NCBI GenBank assembly: GCA_043754515.1
Contig: JAYUUO010000014.1
Span: 1-18,786 of the forward strand
Source of the DNA: Armatimonadota bacterium
Lineage (GTDB): Bacteria; Armatimonadota; Armatimonadia; Armatimonadales; Armatimonadaceae
Direction of reading: 5' to 3'
DNA length: 18,786 nt
Part shown: positions 1 through 8,222 of the stretch, in pieces
Layout: each line of letters begins with the position of its first letter
How positions within the stretch are numbered: position 1 is the first letter of the stretch
Made by a program: the position numbers and the translations under genes
Notes under the pieces: model-generated
What the model was told of the DNA's origin: nothing
Database searches by the model: none
What the model saw: only the letters and a program-made list of their open reading frames with translations

Positions 1-115
1 TGGCGCATGACGGAGAGTTCTAGTTCGCCGAGTGGGGCGCGGATGCCGGTTTTCTCCGGCTTGGTGCGGCGAATAATGTCCATATATTTTCCATACGTCG
101 GACGCCTGAAGAAAG

Positions 116-132
116 TTCTATCAAAAGTAGAA
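116..132. promoter_or_regulatory. Putative operator palindrome TTCTAY-N5-GTAGAA, copy 1
   Basis: TTCTAT-CAAAA-GTAGAA; same half-sites and spacing as 3056-3072 and 8135-8151; intergenic; a TATAAT lies at 161-166. Confidence 0.55.
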
Positions 133-300
133 TGTCCGATCGGTGGACGTGAAGGTACCGTATAATGGAAAACAAATGACGGGATTCAGCAAACGCGCTA
201 GTCCCTTTTGGACTAGTGTCGCGCCGCCCAGCGTCACGGGCGGTGATGTTATTCATACAGTGCCAACCAGGGAATAAACAAAGACGAAAGAGAATATGCG

Positions 301-954
301 ATGAGTATGTGGGTTTTTAGAGTCTCACGAGGGACGAACAGCGGCGACCCGCAAGGCGATAGCACTGTTTTCATTGATACCGCGCAACTGGACAAGGAAC
401 TTCAGCAAGTAAAGCAGACGCTTTTGGGCGAATACCCGCAAACATTGGTGACGCGATTTTTGATGGGTGAGTTGTTCGATTCGGGGCGACTGCGGCAGGG
501 TTGGTCAGTTCCAGGGTTAGACCTGACACTACCAACAACAACCTGGGTGAAGAACTTTTATCGGGAATGCTGGAAATATTGGGGGGCCAAAGCGACTGTC
601 GCGGGCATGATGGGGCGCAAACGCATTTTAGACCACCTGACGAGTATGAAAATCGGTGACGTCGTCTTTATCCCGAACGTCGGTACGCGCTGCATTGACG
701 AAGGCTCTTTCGCGGTCGCTACCGTCAAATCGCTGTATCGGTTTGAAGACCGGAGTGAAAAACCCGACAATTGGGAGAAGGATTTCGCGCATATCATCGG
801 GGTGGAGCGGTTGGAAACGTTTGCCTATTCCCCGGCAACGTTGCCGCGAACCACATTCGGCGCGCCGTTCATGAAAGCGATAGACCCCGTGCATCCCCAT
901 TACGGCAAGCACGATAAAATGCGGGACTTTTTGGCTGTGTACTACACGCCGTAA
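301..954 (+). CDS. Hypothetical protein resembling the PUA/EVE-like N-terminal domain of Mrr/McrB-type restriction proteins
   Basis: 217-aa ORF (start 301 or 307), visibly lower GC than its neighbours. Motifs LRQGW...MKIGDVVFIPN...FAVATV...Y.F...DFAHIIGV recall that domain. No nuclease domain is attached. Confidence 0.5.
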   Translation: MSMWVFRVSRGTNSGDPQGDSTVFIDTAQLDKELQQVKQTLLGEYPQTLVTRFLMGELFDSGRLRQGWSVPGLDLTLPTTTWVKNFYRECWKYWGAKATVAGMMGRKRILDHLTSMKIGDVVFIPNVGTRCIDEGSFAVATVKSLYRFEDRSEKPDNWEKDFAHIIGVERLETFAYSPATLPRTTFGAPFMKAIDPVHPHYGKHDKMRDFLAVYYTP

Positions 955-1029
955 GCGCAGGAGTACGTCGCCTGTTTTCCAACTTCTAAAAGTCGCTTCC
1001 GGAAGGGAAGTCCCACTGCCCGCCGGCAG

Positions 1030-2253
1030 TTACTGACTCGCGGAACCCGCCACGGTAGGCGGCACGGGCGAGGCTGGCAAAACCGTAGCAACTCCCGCGA
1101 GCGCGAGCACCGCCCCCGCCAGAAAATAGGGGGCCTCTGGGTGCCAGTCGAACAACACGCCCCCGAGAATCGGGCCGACGAGGAACCCGAGCGAGCGCGT
1201 CGCTTGTAGCAACCCGAACAGTTCTCCCTGCCGATCCGGGGGCACCGCCGCGCTTCCCACGCCCTGTACCGTCGGGTTTGCAAGCCCCGTGCCGACGGCG
1301 AACAGTGTGCTTGCGGCGAACAGGCACCACAGATTCGGCGCGAGCGGGGTGACCGCTAACCCGACGCCTTGCATGAGGTAGGCGAAGCGGAGCAAAGTGT
1401 ACGGAGGGAAGCGGCGGTTCGTCCAGGGCAGGATAACTGTTTGAGTTACGACGCCCAGGAACGCCTCGTACCCGAAGATCAGCCCGAAGTATAACGCGCC
1501 TAAGCCGAGTTTGTGCAGGATCAGTCGCCCGAACGTGCCTTCGAGACAGGCCAGCGCGAAGTACGCCCCCGCCGCGAGCAGGAACAGCCCGCGGGCGGCG
1601 GGCACGTCGCGGAGCAGATTCCACCCCCAGTCGAAGCCCCGTGTCACGGTCGCGCCTTTCGTGCCCTTCGTGTCGTCCGTAGGGCGACCCGGCGGCACGG
1701 AGCGCACAGAGAGCGCGATCCAGAGCACGCCCGAAAACGAAAGCGCGGCGGCAATGCCCCCGAGCAGAACATGGCCGCCGACGGACGATAGAAATCCGCC
1801 GATGACCGGGCCGAGTAGAAGCCCGCCGGTTATCGCGACGCCCATGCGCCCGAGCGCGTTCGTCCGTTCCGCGTCCTCGCTCGTGTCAGCCAGATACGCC
1901 TGAGCCGCCACCACATTCGCCCCGCCGAGTCCGGCCAGCACCCGGCTCGCGAACAGCCACGCCACCGACCCCGCGCCCGCATACAAAAGGAGCGCGGCGG
2001 CGGAGAGCGAGCCGCACCAGAGAAGCACCGGCTTGCGCCCCACGCGATCGCTCCACCGCCCCCAGAGGGGTGACGCTACGGCTTGCGCAACGAAGTAGGA
2101 TGAGAACACCGCCCCGATCAGCCAGCCACGCGCCCCCATCCCCTCAAGGCGTGTCTGGATGTCGGGCAATACCATGCCGAAGCCCGCGAGGTCGAGGAAC
2201 ACCGCGAGTAACAGCGGCAGTTCGCGCGGCAGGATGGCACGGCGGTCTTTCAT
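1030..2253 (-). CDS. MFS transporter, TetA/DHA1-like
   Basis: 407 aa with about 12 hydrophobic segments; motif A GRWSDRVGRKPVLL, SRVLAGLG, and GPVIGG (motif C-like). Confidence 0.92.
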   Translation of the reverse strand: MKDRRAILPRELPLLLAVFLDLAGFGMVLPDIQTRLEGMGARGWLIGAVFSSYFVAQAVASPLWGRWSDRVGRKPVLLWCGSLSAAALLLYAGAGSVAWLFASRVLAGLGGANVVAAQAYLADTSEDAERTNALGRMGVAITGGLLLGPVIGGFLSSVGGHVLLGGIAAALSFSGVLWIALSVRSVPPGRPTDDTKGTKGATVTRGFDWGWNLLRDVPAARGLFLLAAGAYFALACLEGTFGRLILHKLGLGALYFGLIFGYEAFLGVVTQTVILPWTNRRFPPYTLLRFAYLMQGVGLAVTPLAPNLWCLFAASTLFAVGTGLANPTVQGVGSAAVPPDRQGELFGLLQATRSLGFLVGPILGGVLFDWHPEAPYFLAGAVLALAGVATVLPASPVPPTVAGSASQ

Positions 2254-2317
2254 CGTTTTGTAACTCGCCCGGCAGTGCCGGTTCGCCGCCCGTTACGCCG
2301 GGCACCCGACCGGCCTA

Positions 2318-2341
2318 GTCATGCGGATTCACCCGCATGAC
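2318..2341. terminator. Intergenic stem-loop (terminator/REP-like)
   Basis: GTCATGCGG-ATTCAC-CCGCATGAC, perfect 9-bp stem between the YHS gene and the MFS gene; no clear U-tract. Confidence 0.45.
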
Positions 2342-2361
2342 CGGCTTATCTTAGATGCGAT

Positions 2362-3006
2362 TCACAGGGATTTTCGTTCCGCCGTCGTCTTCGCCGTCTT
2401 AGCGCGGAAGGCGTCCATCTTCGCCTTGTACTTCGTCGGCTCCTTATCGAACGGCTCTTTGCAACCGGGACAACACATGTAGATACGCTCGCCCTCGTAG
2501 TCGCTGTAATCGCTCGCCGAGGCGTAATCTTTCACCACCGCATCGCTGACCGGGCAGTACAATAACTCTCTTGCGGGGTGCGCCGCGTACGTCGCCGGTG
2601 CCTTGTCGAAGGCTTTTTTGTCCGCCACGCTCGCGAACGGGTACACGACGCCTCCGTAGACCGATGTCGCAACCGCAAGTTTCGCGTCGAGCCGCCTCGT
2701 GCTCACGGCGTCGAACAGGAACACGCCGCTCGCCTTCGCGGGGTCGGACGGGGCGGCGGTGAACTCCGCGGGGCCTTTGTCTAACCGCTTCTCGCACTCG
2801 GCGCAACATAGGTAGTAGCGCACCCCCTGTATGTCGCGGGTCTTCCACGCCTGCTCTGGCGACCGGATCGCGCTCCCCATGACCGGGCAGACAAGCTGCG
2901 GCTGTGTCGGCGGCGCGGCGGGGGCGGCTCCCGCTAGGGCGAAAGCCGCGAGCACCCCGGCTACAATCGCCGGGCGAGTCGCGCGGCGCGAAAATAAAAG
3001 TGCCAT
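2362..3006 (-). CDS. Secreted protein with three tandem YHS/TRASH metal-binding domains
   Basis: Signal peptide ending in AAPA. Domains: CPVMG...YYLCCAEC; DAVS...YPFASVADKKAF; CPVSD...YEGERIYMCCPGCKEPF. AAGGAG RBS upstream. Confidence 0.85.
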   Translation of the reverse strand: MALLFSRRATRPAIVAGVLAAFALAGAAPAAPPTQPQLVCPVMGSAIRSPEQAWKTRDIQGVRYYLCCAECEKRLDKGPAEFTAAPSDPAKASGVFLFDAVSTRRLDAKLAVATSVYGGVVYPFASVADKKAFDKAPATYAAHPARELLYCPVSDAVVKDYASASDYSDYEGERIYMCCPGCKEPFDKEPTKYKAKMDAFRAKTAKTTAERKSL

Positions 3007-3055
3007 TTCTTACTCCTTCGGGTAATCGGTGAGTGATCGCCCCGATTCGTGGGTA

Positions 3056-3072
3056 TTCTATCGTTGGTAGAA
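3056..3072. promoter_or_regulatory. Putative operator palindrome, copy 2, in a divergent promoter
   Basis: GGGTA-TTCTAT-CGTTG-GTAGAA; overlaps a minus-strand TAGAAT (-10-like) upstream of the YHS gene. Confidence 0.65.
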
Positions 3073-3321
3073 GAAAACCGCCGGGATTTTCCGGTCTTTT
3101 TTCCGCGCATTCCGAAGGGTGCCTCGATCCGCAAGGCCCCCCTCCCCCGTGCAAGCCGTTCGCGCTTGCGGAAAGAACGAAACAGGACTACGGATACCAC
3201 CGTGGCACCGGGAACCAGAGCCGTAGGCGGCGGATGTCACCCGACAGGCTCACCTCCTTACCGGGTACTCGCGCCTTGCGAATCGCCCGGTCACCACCCT
3301 CTTTCGCCGAAGGAACACACG

Positions 3322-3846
3322 ATGAAAACCACTACTTTGCTCGGATTGACGATGACCACGATTCTGCTACTCGCCCCGCCCACGTTCGCGCGACGACAGC
3401 ACGACCACAAGAACGGGGCGACTACTACCACCCCTCCCGCTGCCACGAAGCCCGCGCCGAAGGGCGACATGGGCGCGATGATGCAGGGCGGAATGGGCGA
3501 GAAGTGCATGATGATGATGCGAATGCACGAAAAGATGGGAGCCGACACCGACGCCCAGGATGCGAGGATCAAAGTACTGACGAATGCCATGGATGAGTCG
3601 TCCGGCGATCAGAAGGTATCCGCTATGGCGGCGGTCATCACGGAGCTAGTGGCGCAACGAGCCGCTCGCAAGGGGATGACCGATCAGATGCAGTCCCAGA
3701 TGATGGGGCACATGATGGATCACATGACACAGGGCAAGGACTCGATGATGAAATGCCCCATGATGTCCGGCGGCAAGCCGAAGGGCATGACGGGCGGCGG
3801 CATGATGGAAGACATGAAGATGACTCCGAAGAGCGAGAAGAAGTAA
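3322..3846 (+). CDS. Secreted Met-rich protein, putative Cu/Ag-binding
   Basis: Start reassigned from 3049 to ATG 3322 (AAGGA upstream; signal peptide MKTTTLLGLTMTTILLLAPPTFA). 174 aa, about 30 Met, with QHDH, CMMMM and CPMM motifs. Confidence 0.8.
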   Translation: MKTTTLLGLTMTTILLLAPPTFARRQHDHKNGATTTTPPAATKPAPKGDMGAMMQGGMGEKCMMMMRMHEKMGADTDAQDARIKVLTNAMDESSGDQKVSAMAAVITELVAQRAARKGMTDQMQSQMMGHMMDHMTQGKDSMMKCPMMSGGKPKGMTGGGMMEDMKMTPKSEKK

Positions 3847-3858
3847 GGAACCCCGATC

Positions 3859-4437
3859 ATGAACGTAACTACGAGCACATTCTCCGCCGATTCCGCGCAG
3901 TCTATCGTGGCGATTTACGGCAACCACGACGACGCGGAGGTCGCGGTACGCCGCCTCGCCGATCAGGGCGTGCCCATCAATCAGGTCTCGATAGTCGGCC
4001 GCAACTTCGAGACGCATCAGGACATCCAGGGGTTCTACCGCCCGGCGGACGCGGCACTCGATGGCGCGGGCGACGGGGCGTGGTTCGGCGGATTGTTCGG
4101 CCTGATGATGGGCGCGATGGGCTTTTTCATCTTCCCCGTGGTCGGCGGGCTGATGATAATGGGGCCGCTCGCCGGTATGGTCGCGGGAGCCATCGGCGGC
4201 GCGGGCGTCGGCGCACTCCTTAACGCGCTGACCGCCATGGGCGTCCCCCGCGATCAGGCTCTGGTGTATCAGGAACGCCTCCAGGCGGGTGAGTTCCTGG
4301 TCGTCGTGCATGGGGGCGTGGGGGAGACGGCGCGGGCGCGCGCGATCCTTGAGGACACGGCGCGAACGGATCTCCAGACGCACGCCTCACTGCCCCGAGA
4401 CAGGGACAGCGACTCGATGAGTGGCATGAATATATAG
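3859..4437 (+). CDS. General stress protein (YflT/DUF1269-like) membrane protein
   Basis: VAIY...AEVAVRRL...VSIVGR N-terminus, Gly-rich hydrophobic hairpins (GAWFGGLFG, GPLAG) and Y..RLQAGEFLVVVHG C-terminus. Confidence 0.8.
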   Translation: MNVTTSTFSADSAQSIVAIYGNHDDAEVAVRRLADQGVPINQVSIVGRNFETHQDIQGFYRPADAALDGAGDGAWFGGLFGLMMGAMGFFIFPVVGGLMIMGPLAGMVAGAIGGAGVGALLNALTAMGVPRDQALVYQERLQAGEFLVVVHGGVGETARARAILEDTARTDLQTHASLPRDRDSDSMSGMNI

Positions 4438-4453
4438 CCCTTCCAAACAAACG

Positions 4454-4498
4454 ACGGCAGCACCGCGACCTGGAACAAAGTCGTGGTGCTCCCGCCGT
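4454..4498 (+). other. Intercistronic stem-loop
   Basis: AGCACCGCGAC (4459-4469) pairs with GTCGTGGTGCT (4480-4490, one G-U), extended by ACGGC/GCCGT. Confidence 0.4.
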
Positions 4499-4519
4499 TG
4501 GCCTGGGGGTAAACCGATC

Positions 4520-5783
4520 ATGAAAAGCCATCTACTCGTTTTGTTGGCGAGCCCTTTCGTCATCTCCATCGGCTTCGGCATCCCGCTGCCAGTGCTGCCG
4601 TCTTATGCCGAGCGGCTTTCCATGGCGGCGGGCACGTCGCATAAGGTGATGGCTATCCACGTCGCGTTACTGACCGGCGTCTTTTCGCTGATGCAACTTC
4701 TTTTCGCGCCTTTCTGGGGACGGCTTTCGGATCGCGTCGGGAGAAGGCCCGTGTTGCTACTCGGGATCGCGGGCTACGGTCTGGCGCAACTCCTTTTCGG
4801 CATGGGTACCTCGCTATGGCTACTATATGGGGCGCGCGTCCTGGGGGGTGCTCTCGCGTCGGCGACCATCCCGGCGGCGACGGCTTACGTGGCCGACGCT
4901 ACCTCCGTGACGGAGAGAGGGCGGGGGATGGCCTGGCTCGGAACGGCGGTCAGCCTGGGTGCCGTCGCCGGTCCCGCGCTAGGCGGGCTGACCACATGGC
5001 GCGATTGGCACCTCTACTCCCGCGTCGGACATCTGCTGATCAGTAGTTTCTCGATCCCCTTCTTTCATAGCGGCGGCACTGACATTCTTGACGCTCCTCG
5101 CGGCCTTCTGGTGGTTGCCGGAGTCGCACACGCCTCGCGAAGCGTCCGTTGCTCGCAACTCTACCTTTTTACACTGGCAAGGCGTCGCCCGCGAGATCGG
5201 CTCGCTGTTGGGCCTTTCCGTACTGAGCCAGTTCGCGCTCGCACTCTTCGAGACGGTGTTCGTGCTGTATGCGCAAGCGAAGTTCGGCTACGGCCCGTCC
5301 CAGGTCGGCATCGCGTTTATGGTTTGCGGGTCGGTCATGGCACTGTTTCAGGGCATAGCGGCGGGTTATCTGGCGGGACGGCTCGCCGCGAATACCCAAC
5401 TCACCATTGGTTTTGTTTTGATGGGGGCCGGCATCGGGTTGCTCCTACTGGTACAAACGCAACCGCTGGTATTTGGCACCATTGGAGTGCTAGCACTGGG
5501 CATGGCTTTCATCTCGCCGAACCTTTCCATCCTCACGTCCGAGCAGAGCGGGGATCGTGTCGGTACCGCGCTCGGTCTCCAGAACACCGCGAACAATCTG
5601 GGGCAGGTGGCGGGGCCGGTATTAGGCGGCGCATTGTTCGCGTGGAATGTGGGGATTCCTTACCGCTCGACCAGTCTAATGCTACTGGCGACGGCGGCGG
5701 TAATCGGCTGGCATAGACACGGTAAACGGAACAGCGGGATACCCACCTGCGGTGTCGGCGGCGGGCTGACGGATCAAGGATGA
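4520..5783 (+). pseudogene. MFS transporter (TetA-like), frameshifted
   Basis: N-half (GRLSDRVGRRPVLL, GPALGG) is in ORF 4520; C-half is in ORF 5088-5783. Removing one T at 5063-5065 gives IPFFIAAALTFLTLLAAFWWLPES and a continuous 420-aa protein. Confidence 0.85.
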
Positions 5784-5789
5784 ATCAAC

Positions 5790-8033
5790 ATGATCGAAGA
5801 AAAGCAAACGCGGGTAGACCCCGAACCAGCACACCATGCCATGTCAGGGCATACGATGGAAGAGCACGGCATGGATGGTCACGCGATGATGGGGCACGCC
5901 ATGGATACCATGCCCGACAAGCCAGGCGCGCCGCCCGATGCTCACGGCGGCATGAGCCACGGCGGACACGGCGGCATGGGTCGCGGCGAACATGGGGGCA
6001 TGAGCCACGACATGAGCGACCCGGCGATGGCGGCGGGCATGGAGGCCGACATCCGTCGGCGCTTCTTCGTCGCGCTCGCGCTGGCGGCGGTGATCGTTCT
6101 GCTGTCGCCGATGGGCGCGATGCACAGCCTGATCCCGCTCCCGACGGCGGCGCGTTCGTGGGTGCTTCTCGCGCTCACCACGCCCGTCGTCTTCTGGTGC
6201 GGCTGGATGTTTATATCGGGAGCCTATCACGCGCTGCGCTCGCGGAAGCTGGATATGTCGGTGCTGATCGCGGTCGGTGTCCTCGCGGCGTACCTCGCGT
6301 CCGCCTACCTGACCGTGATCGGCTCCTCCGATCTGTTCTACGAGGCGGCGGCGATGCTGGTGACGTTCGTGCTGTTCGGGCACTGGATGGAGATGAAATC
6401 GCGGCGCGGCACATCCGACGCATTGCAATCCCTGTTCAAACTGGTCCCGCCGAAAGCACGTGTAATACGGGGCGGCTCGCGCAATGGCGAAGCTATTGAC
6501 GGCGGCGTGGAGACTGAAGTCCCGACGGCGGAGATCGTCCGGGGGGATATTCTCGCACTCCGTCCGGGCGACCGCGTCCCGGTGGACGGCGAAGTGACAA
6601 ACGGCGAGACCGCCGTTGACGAGGCTCTCATCACGGGCGAGAGTCTGCCGGTCGGGAAGAAGCCGGGCGACGCGCTGGTCGCGGGTTCCGTCAACGGCGC
6701 GGGTGCCATCCGGTTCAAGGCGACCGGGGTCGGCGAGGAAACCACGCTCGCGCGGATCGCGAAGCTCGTCGAGACCGCGCAGAACTCGAAAGCACCTGGA
6801 CAGCGGCTCGCTGATAAAGCCGCCGCTTATCTCGTCGTGCTCGCCGTGGGTGCCGGGATCATCACGTTCGCCGCGTGGCATTGGGGGGCCGGTGCCTCGT
6901 TCCTGACCTCGCTAACGTTCGCGATTTCGGCGGTCGTGATCGCCTGTCCGGACGCGCTGGGACTCGCGACCCCGACTGCGGTCGCGGTCGGTACCGGCCT
7001 CGGCGCGAAGCACAACATCCTGATCAAGGACGCGGCGACGCTTGAGGGCGCATCGCGGATCTCCGCCGTCGCGCTGGACAAGACCGGCACATTGACCGAG
7101 GGCAAGCCGCGCGTCACCGATATAGCCGTCGCGGCGGGCACCACCGAGGAGGAGGCGTTGCGGCTACTCGCGGCGGTCGAGCGCGGTTCGAGCCATCCTT
7201 TAGCGGTCGCGATCATGGATGAGGCGAAGACGCGCGGGCTGGTACTCCCGGTAAAGGTCGAGGGGTTCGAGAATGTCGCCGGGCACGGACTCAAAGCGGC
7301 CGTGGAAGGAAAGCACGTTCTCGTCGGTAATGCGCGCCTCCTCACCGACGCGCGGATTGATTTGACGCCGATACAAGAACACCTTGACCGGCTGATGACC
7401 GCCGGACGAACGGTAATTCTGCTCGCGGTGGAAGGGGAAGCGGTCGCCGTGGTCGGCGTCAGCGACCCCATCAAGCCGTCGGCAAAACGCGCCGTGGCCG
7501 AACTCAAGAAAATGGGCATCCAGACCGCGTTAATCAGCGGGGACAACAAAGTCGTCGCCGGGGCGGTCGGCAAGGAAGTCGGCGTTGACGTTGTCTTCGC
7601 GGAGGTGCTCCCTGAAAACAAGGCTGAGTACGTGAAGCGGTTGCAGGACGCGGGCAAGTTCGTGGCGATGATTGGAGACGGAGTGAACGACGCACCCGCC
7701 CTCGCGCAGGCGGACATCGGAATCGCGATCGGTGCCGGAACCGACGTGGCTATCGAGGCGGCGAAAATCGTGCTGATGAAGTCCGACCCGCTGGACGTCG
7801 TGAACGCGATCCTGCTCTCGAAGGCGACCGTGCGGAAGATGAAACAGAACCTGGTCTGGGCGAGTGTTTATAACGTGCTGGCGATCCCGGTAGCGGCGGG
7901 CGCGTTTTATCACTCGCTCGGTTGGTCACTACGCCCCGAAGTCTCCGCCCTGCTGATGTCGGTGTCGTCCATCGTGGTCGCTACCAATGCCGTTCTGCTC
8001 CGCCACGCTGAAAAGGAGTTGCTAACCAGATGA
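5790..8033 (+). CDS. Copper-type P1B-ATPase with His/Met-rich N-terminus (CopB-like, CPD motif)
   Basis: TGES, IACPDALGLATP, DKTGTLT, HP, GDGVND, YN and MSVSS motifs; no CxxC HMA domain. Confidence 0.93.
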   Translation: MIEEKQTRVDPEPAHHAMSGHTMEEHGMDGHAMMGHAMDTMPDKPGAPPDAHGGMSHGGHGGMGRGEHGGMSHDMSDPAMAAGMEADIRRRFFVALALAAVIVLLSPMGAMHSLIPLPTAARSWVLLALTTPVVFWCGWMFISGAYHALRSRKLDMSVLIAVGVLAAYLASAYLTVIGSSDLFYEAAAMLVTFVLFGHWMEMKSRRGTSDALQSLFKLVPPKARVIRGGSRNGEAIDGGVETEVPTAEIVRGDILALRPGDRVPVDGEVTNGETAVDEALITGESLPVGKKPGDALVAGSVNGAGAIRFKATGVGEETTLARIAKLVETAQNSKAPGQRLADKAAAYLVVLAVGAGIITFAAWHWGAGASFLTSLTFAISAVVIACPDALGLATPTAVAVGTGLGAKHNILIKDAATLEGASRISAVALDKTGTLTEGKPRVTDIAVAAGTTEEEALRLLAAVERGSSHPLAVAIMDEAKTRGLVLPVKVEGFENVAGHGLKAAVEGKHVLVGNARLLTDARIDLTPIQEHLDRLMTAGRTVILLAVEGEAVAVVGVSDPIKPSAKRAVAELKKMGIQTALISGDNKVVAGAVGKEVGVDVVFAEVLPENKAEYVKRLQDAGKFVAMIGDGVNDAPALAQADIGIAIGAGTDVAIEAAKIVLMKSDPLDVVNAILLSKATVRKMKQNLVWASVYNVLAIPVAAGAFYHSLGWSLRPEVSALLMSVSSIVVATNAVLLRHAEKELLTR

Positions 8034-8034
8034 G

Positions 8035-8097
8035 GATAGGGGCTACGCGGTTCGTCGGGGGGCGCGGGTCGGCCCGACGAACCGCGTAGCCCCTATC
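8035..8097. repeat. Perfect 25-bp inverted repeat (REP-like/terminator)
   Basis: GATAGGGGCTACGCGGTTCGTCGGG (8035-8059) and its exact reverse complement (8073-8097), 13-nt loop, directly after the ATPase stop. Confidence 0.85.
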
Positions 8098-8134
8098 AGG
8101 AGTGGCCGTGATTGGAAAAACATGATTAAGGGTA

Positions 8135-8151
8135 TTCTACTATCAGTAGAA
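8135..8151. promoter_or_regulatory. Putative operator palindrome, copy 3 (perfect)
   Basis: GGGTA-TTCTAC-TATCA-GTAGAA-T; overlaps a plus-strand TAGAAT (-10-like) upstream of the 8223 gene. Confidence 0.7.
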
Positions 8152-8222
8152 TTATAGCCGGGGTTGACGTACCGCCACCCGATTTCCTCTAACAGGCTCA
8201 CCTCCGAAAGAAATATTTATAA

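Noticed and set aside
3049..3321. N-terminal extension of ORF 3049-3846, or a TGSPP arrest-type uORF
   Set aside because: The signal peptide and RBS point to 3322, and the equivalent frame at 8192 is closed by TGA at 8165 with no start.
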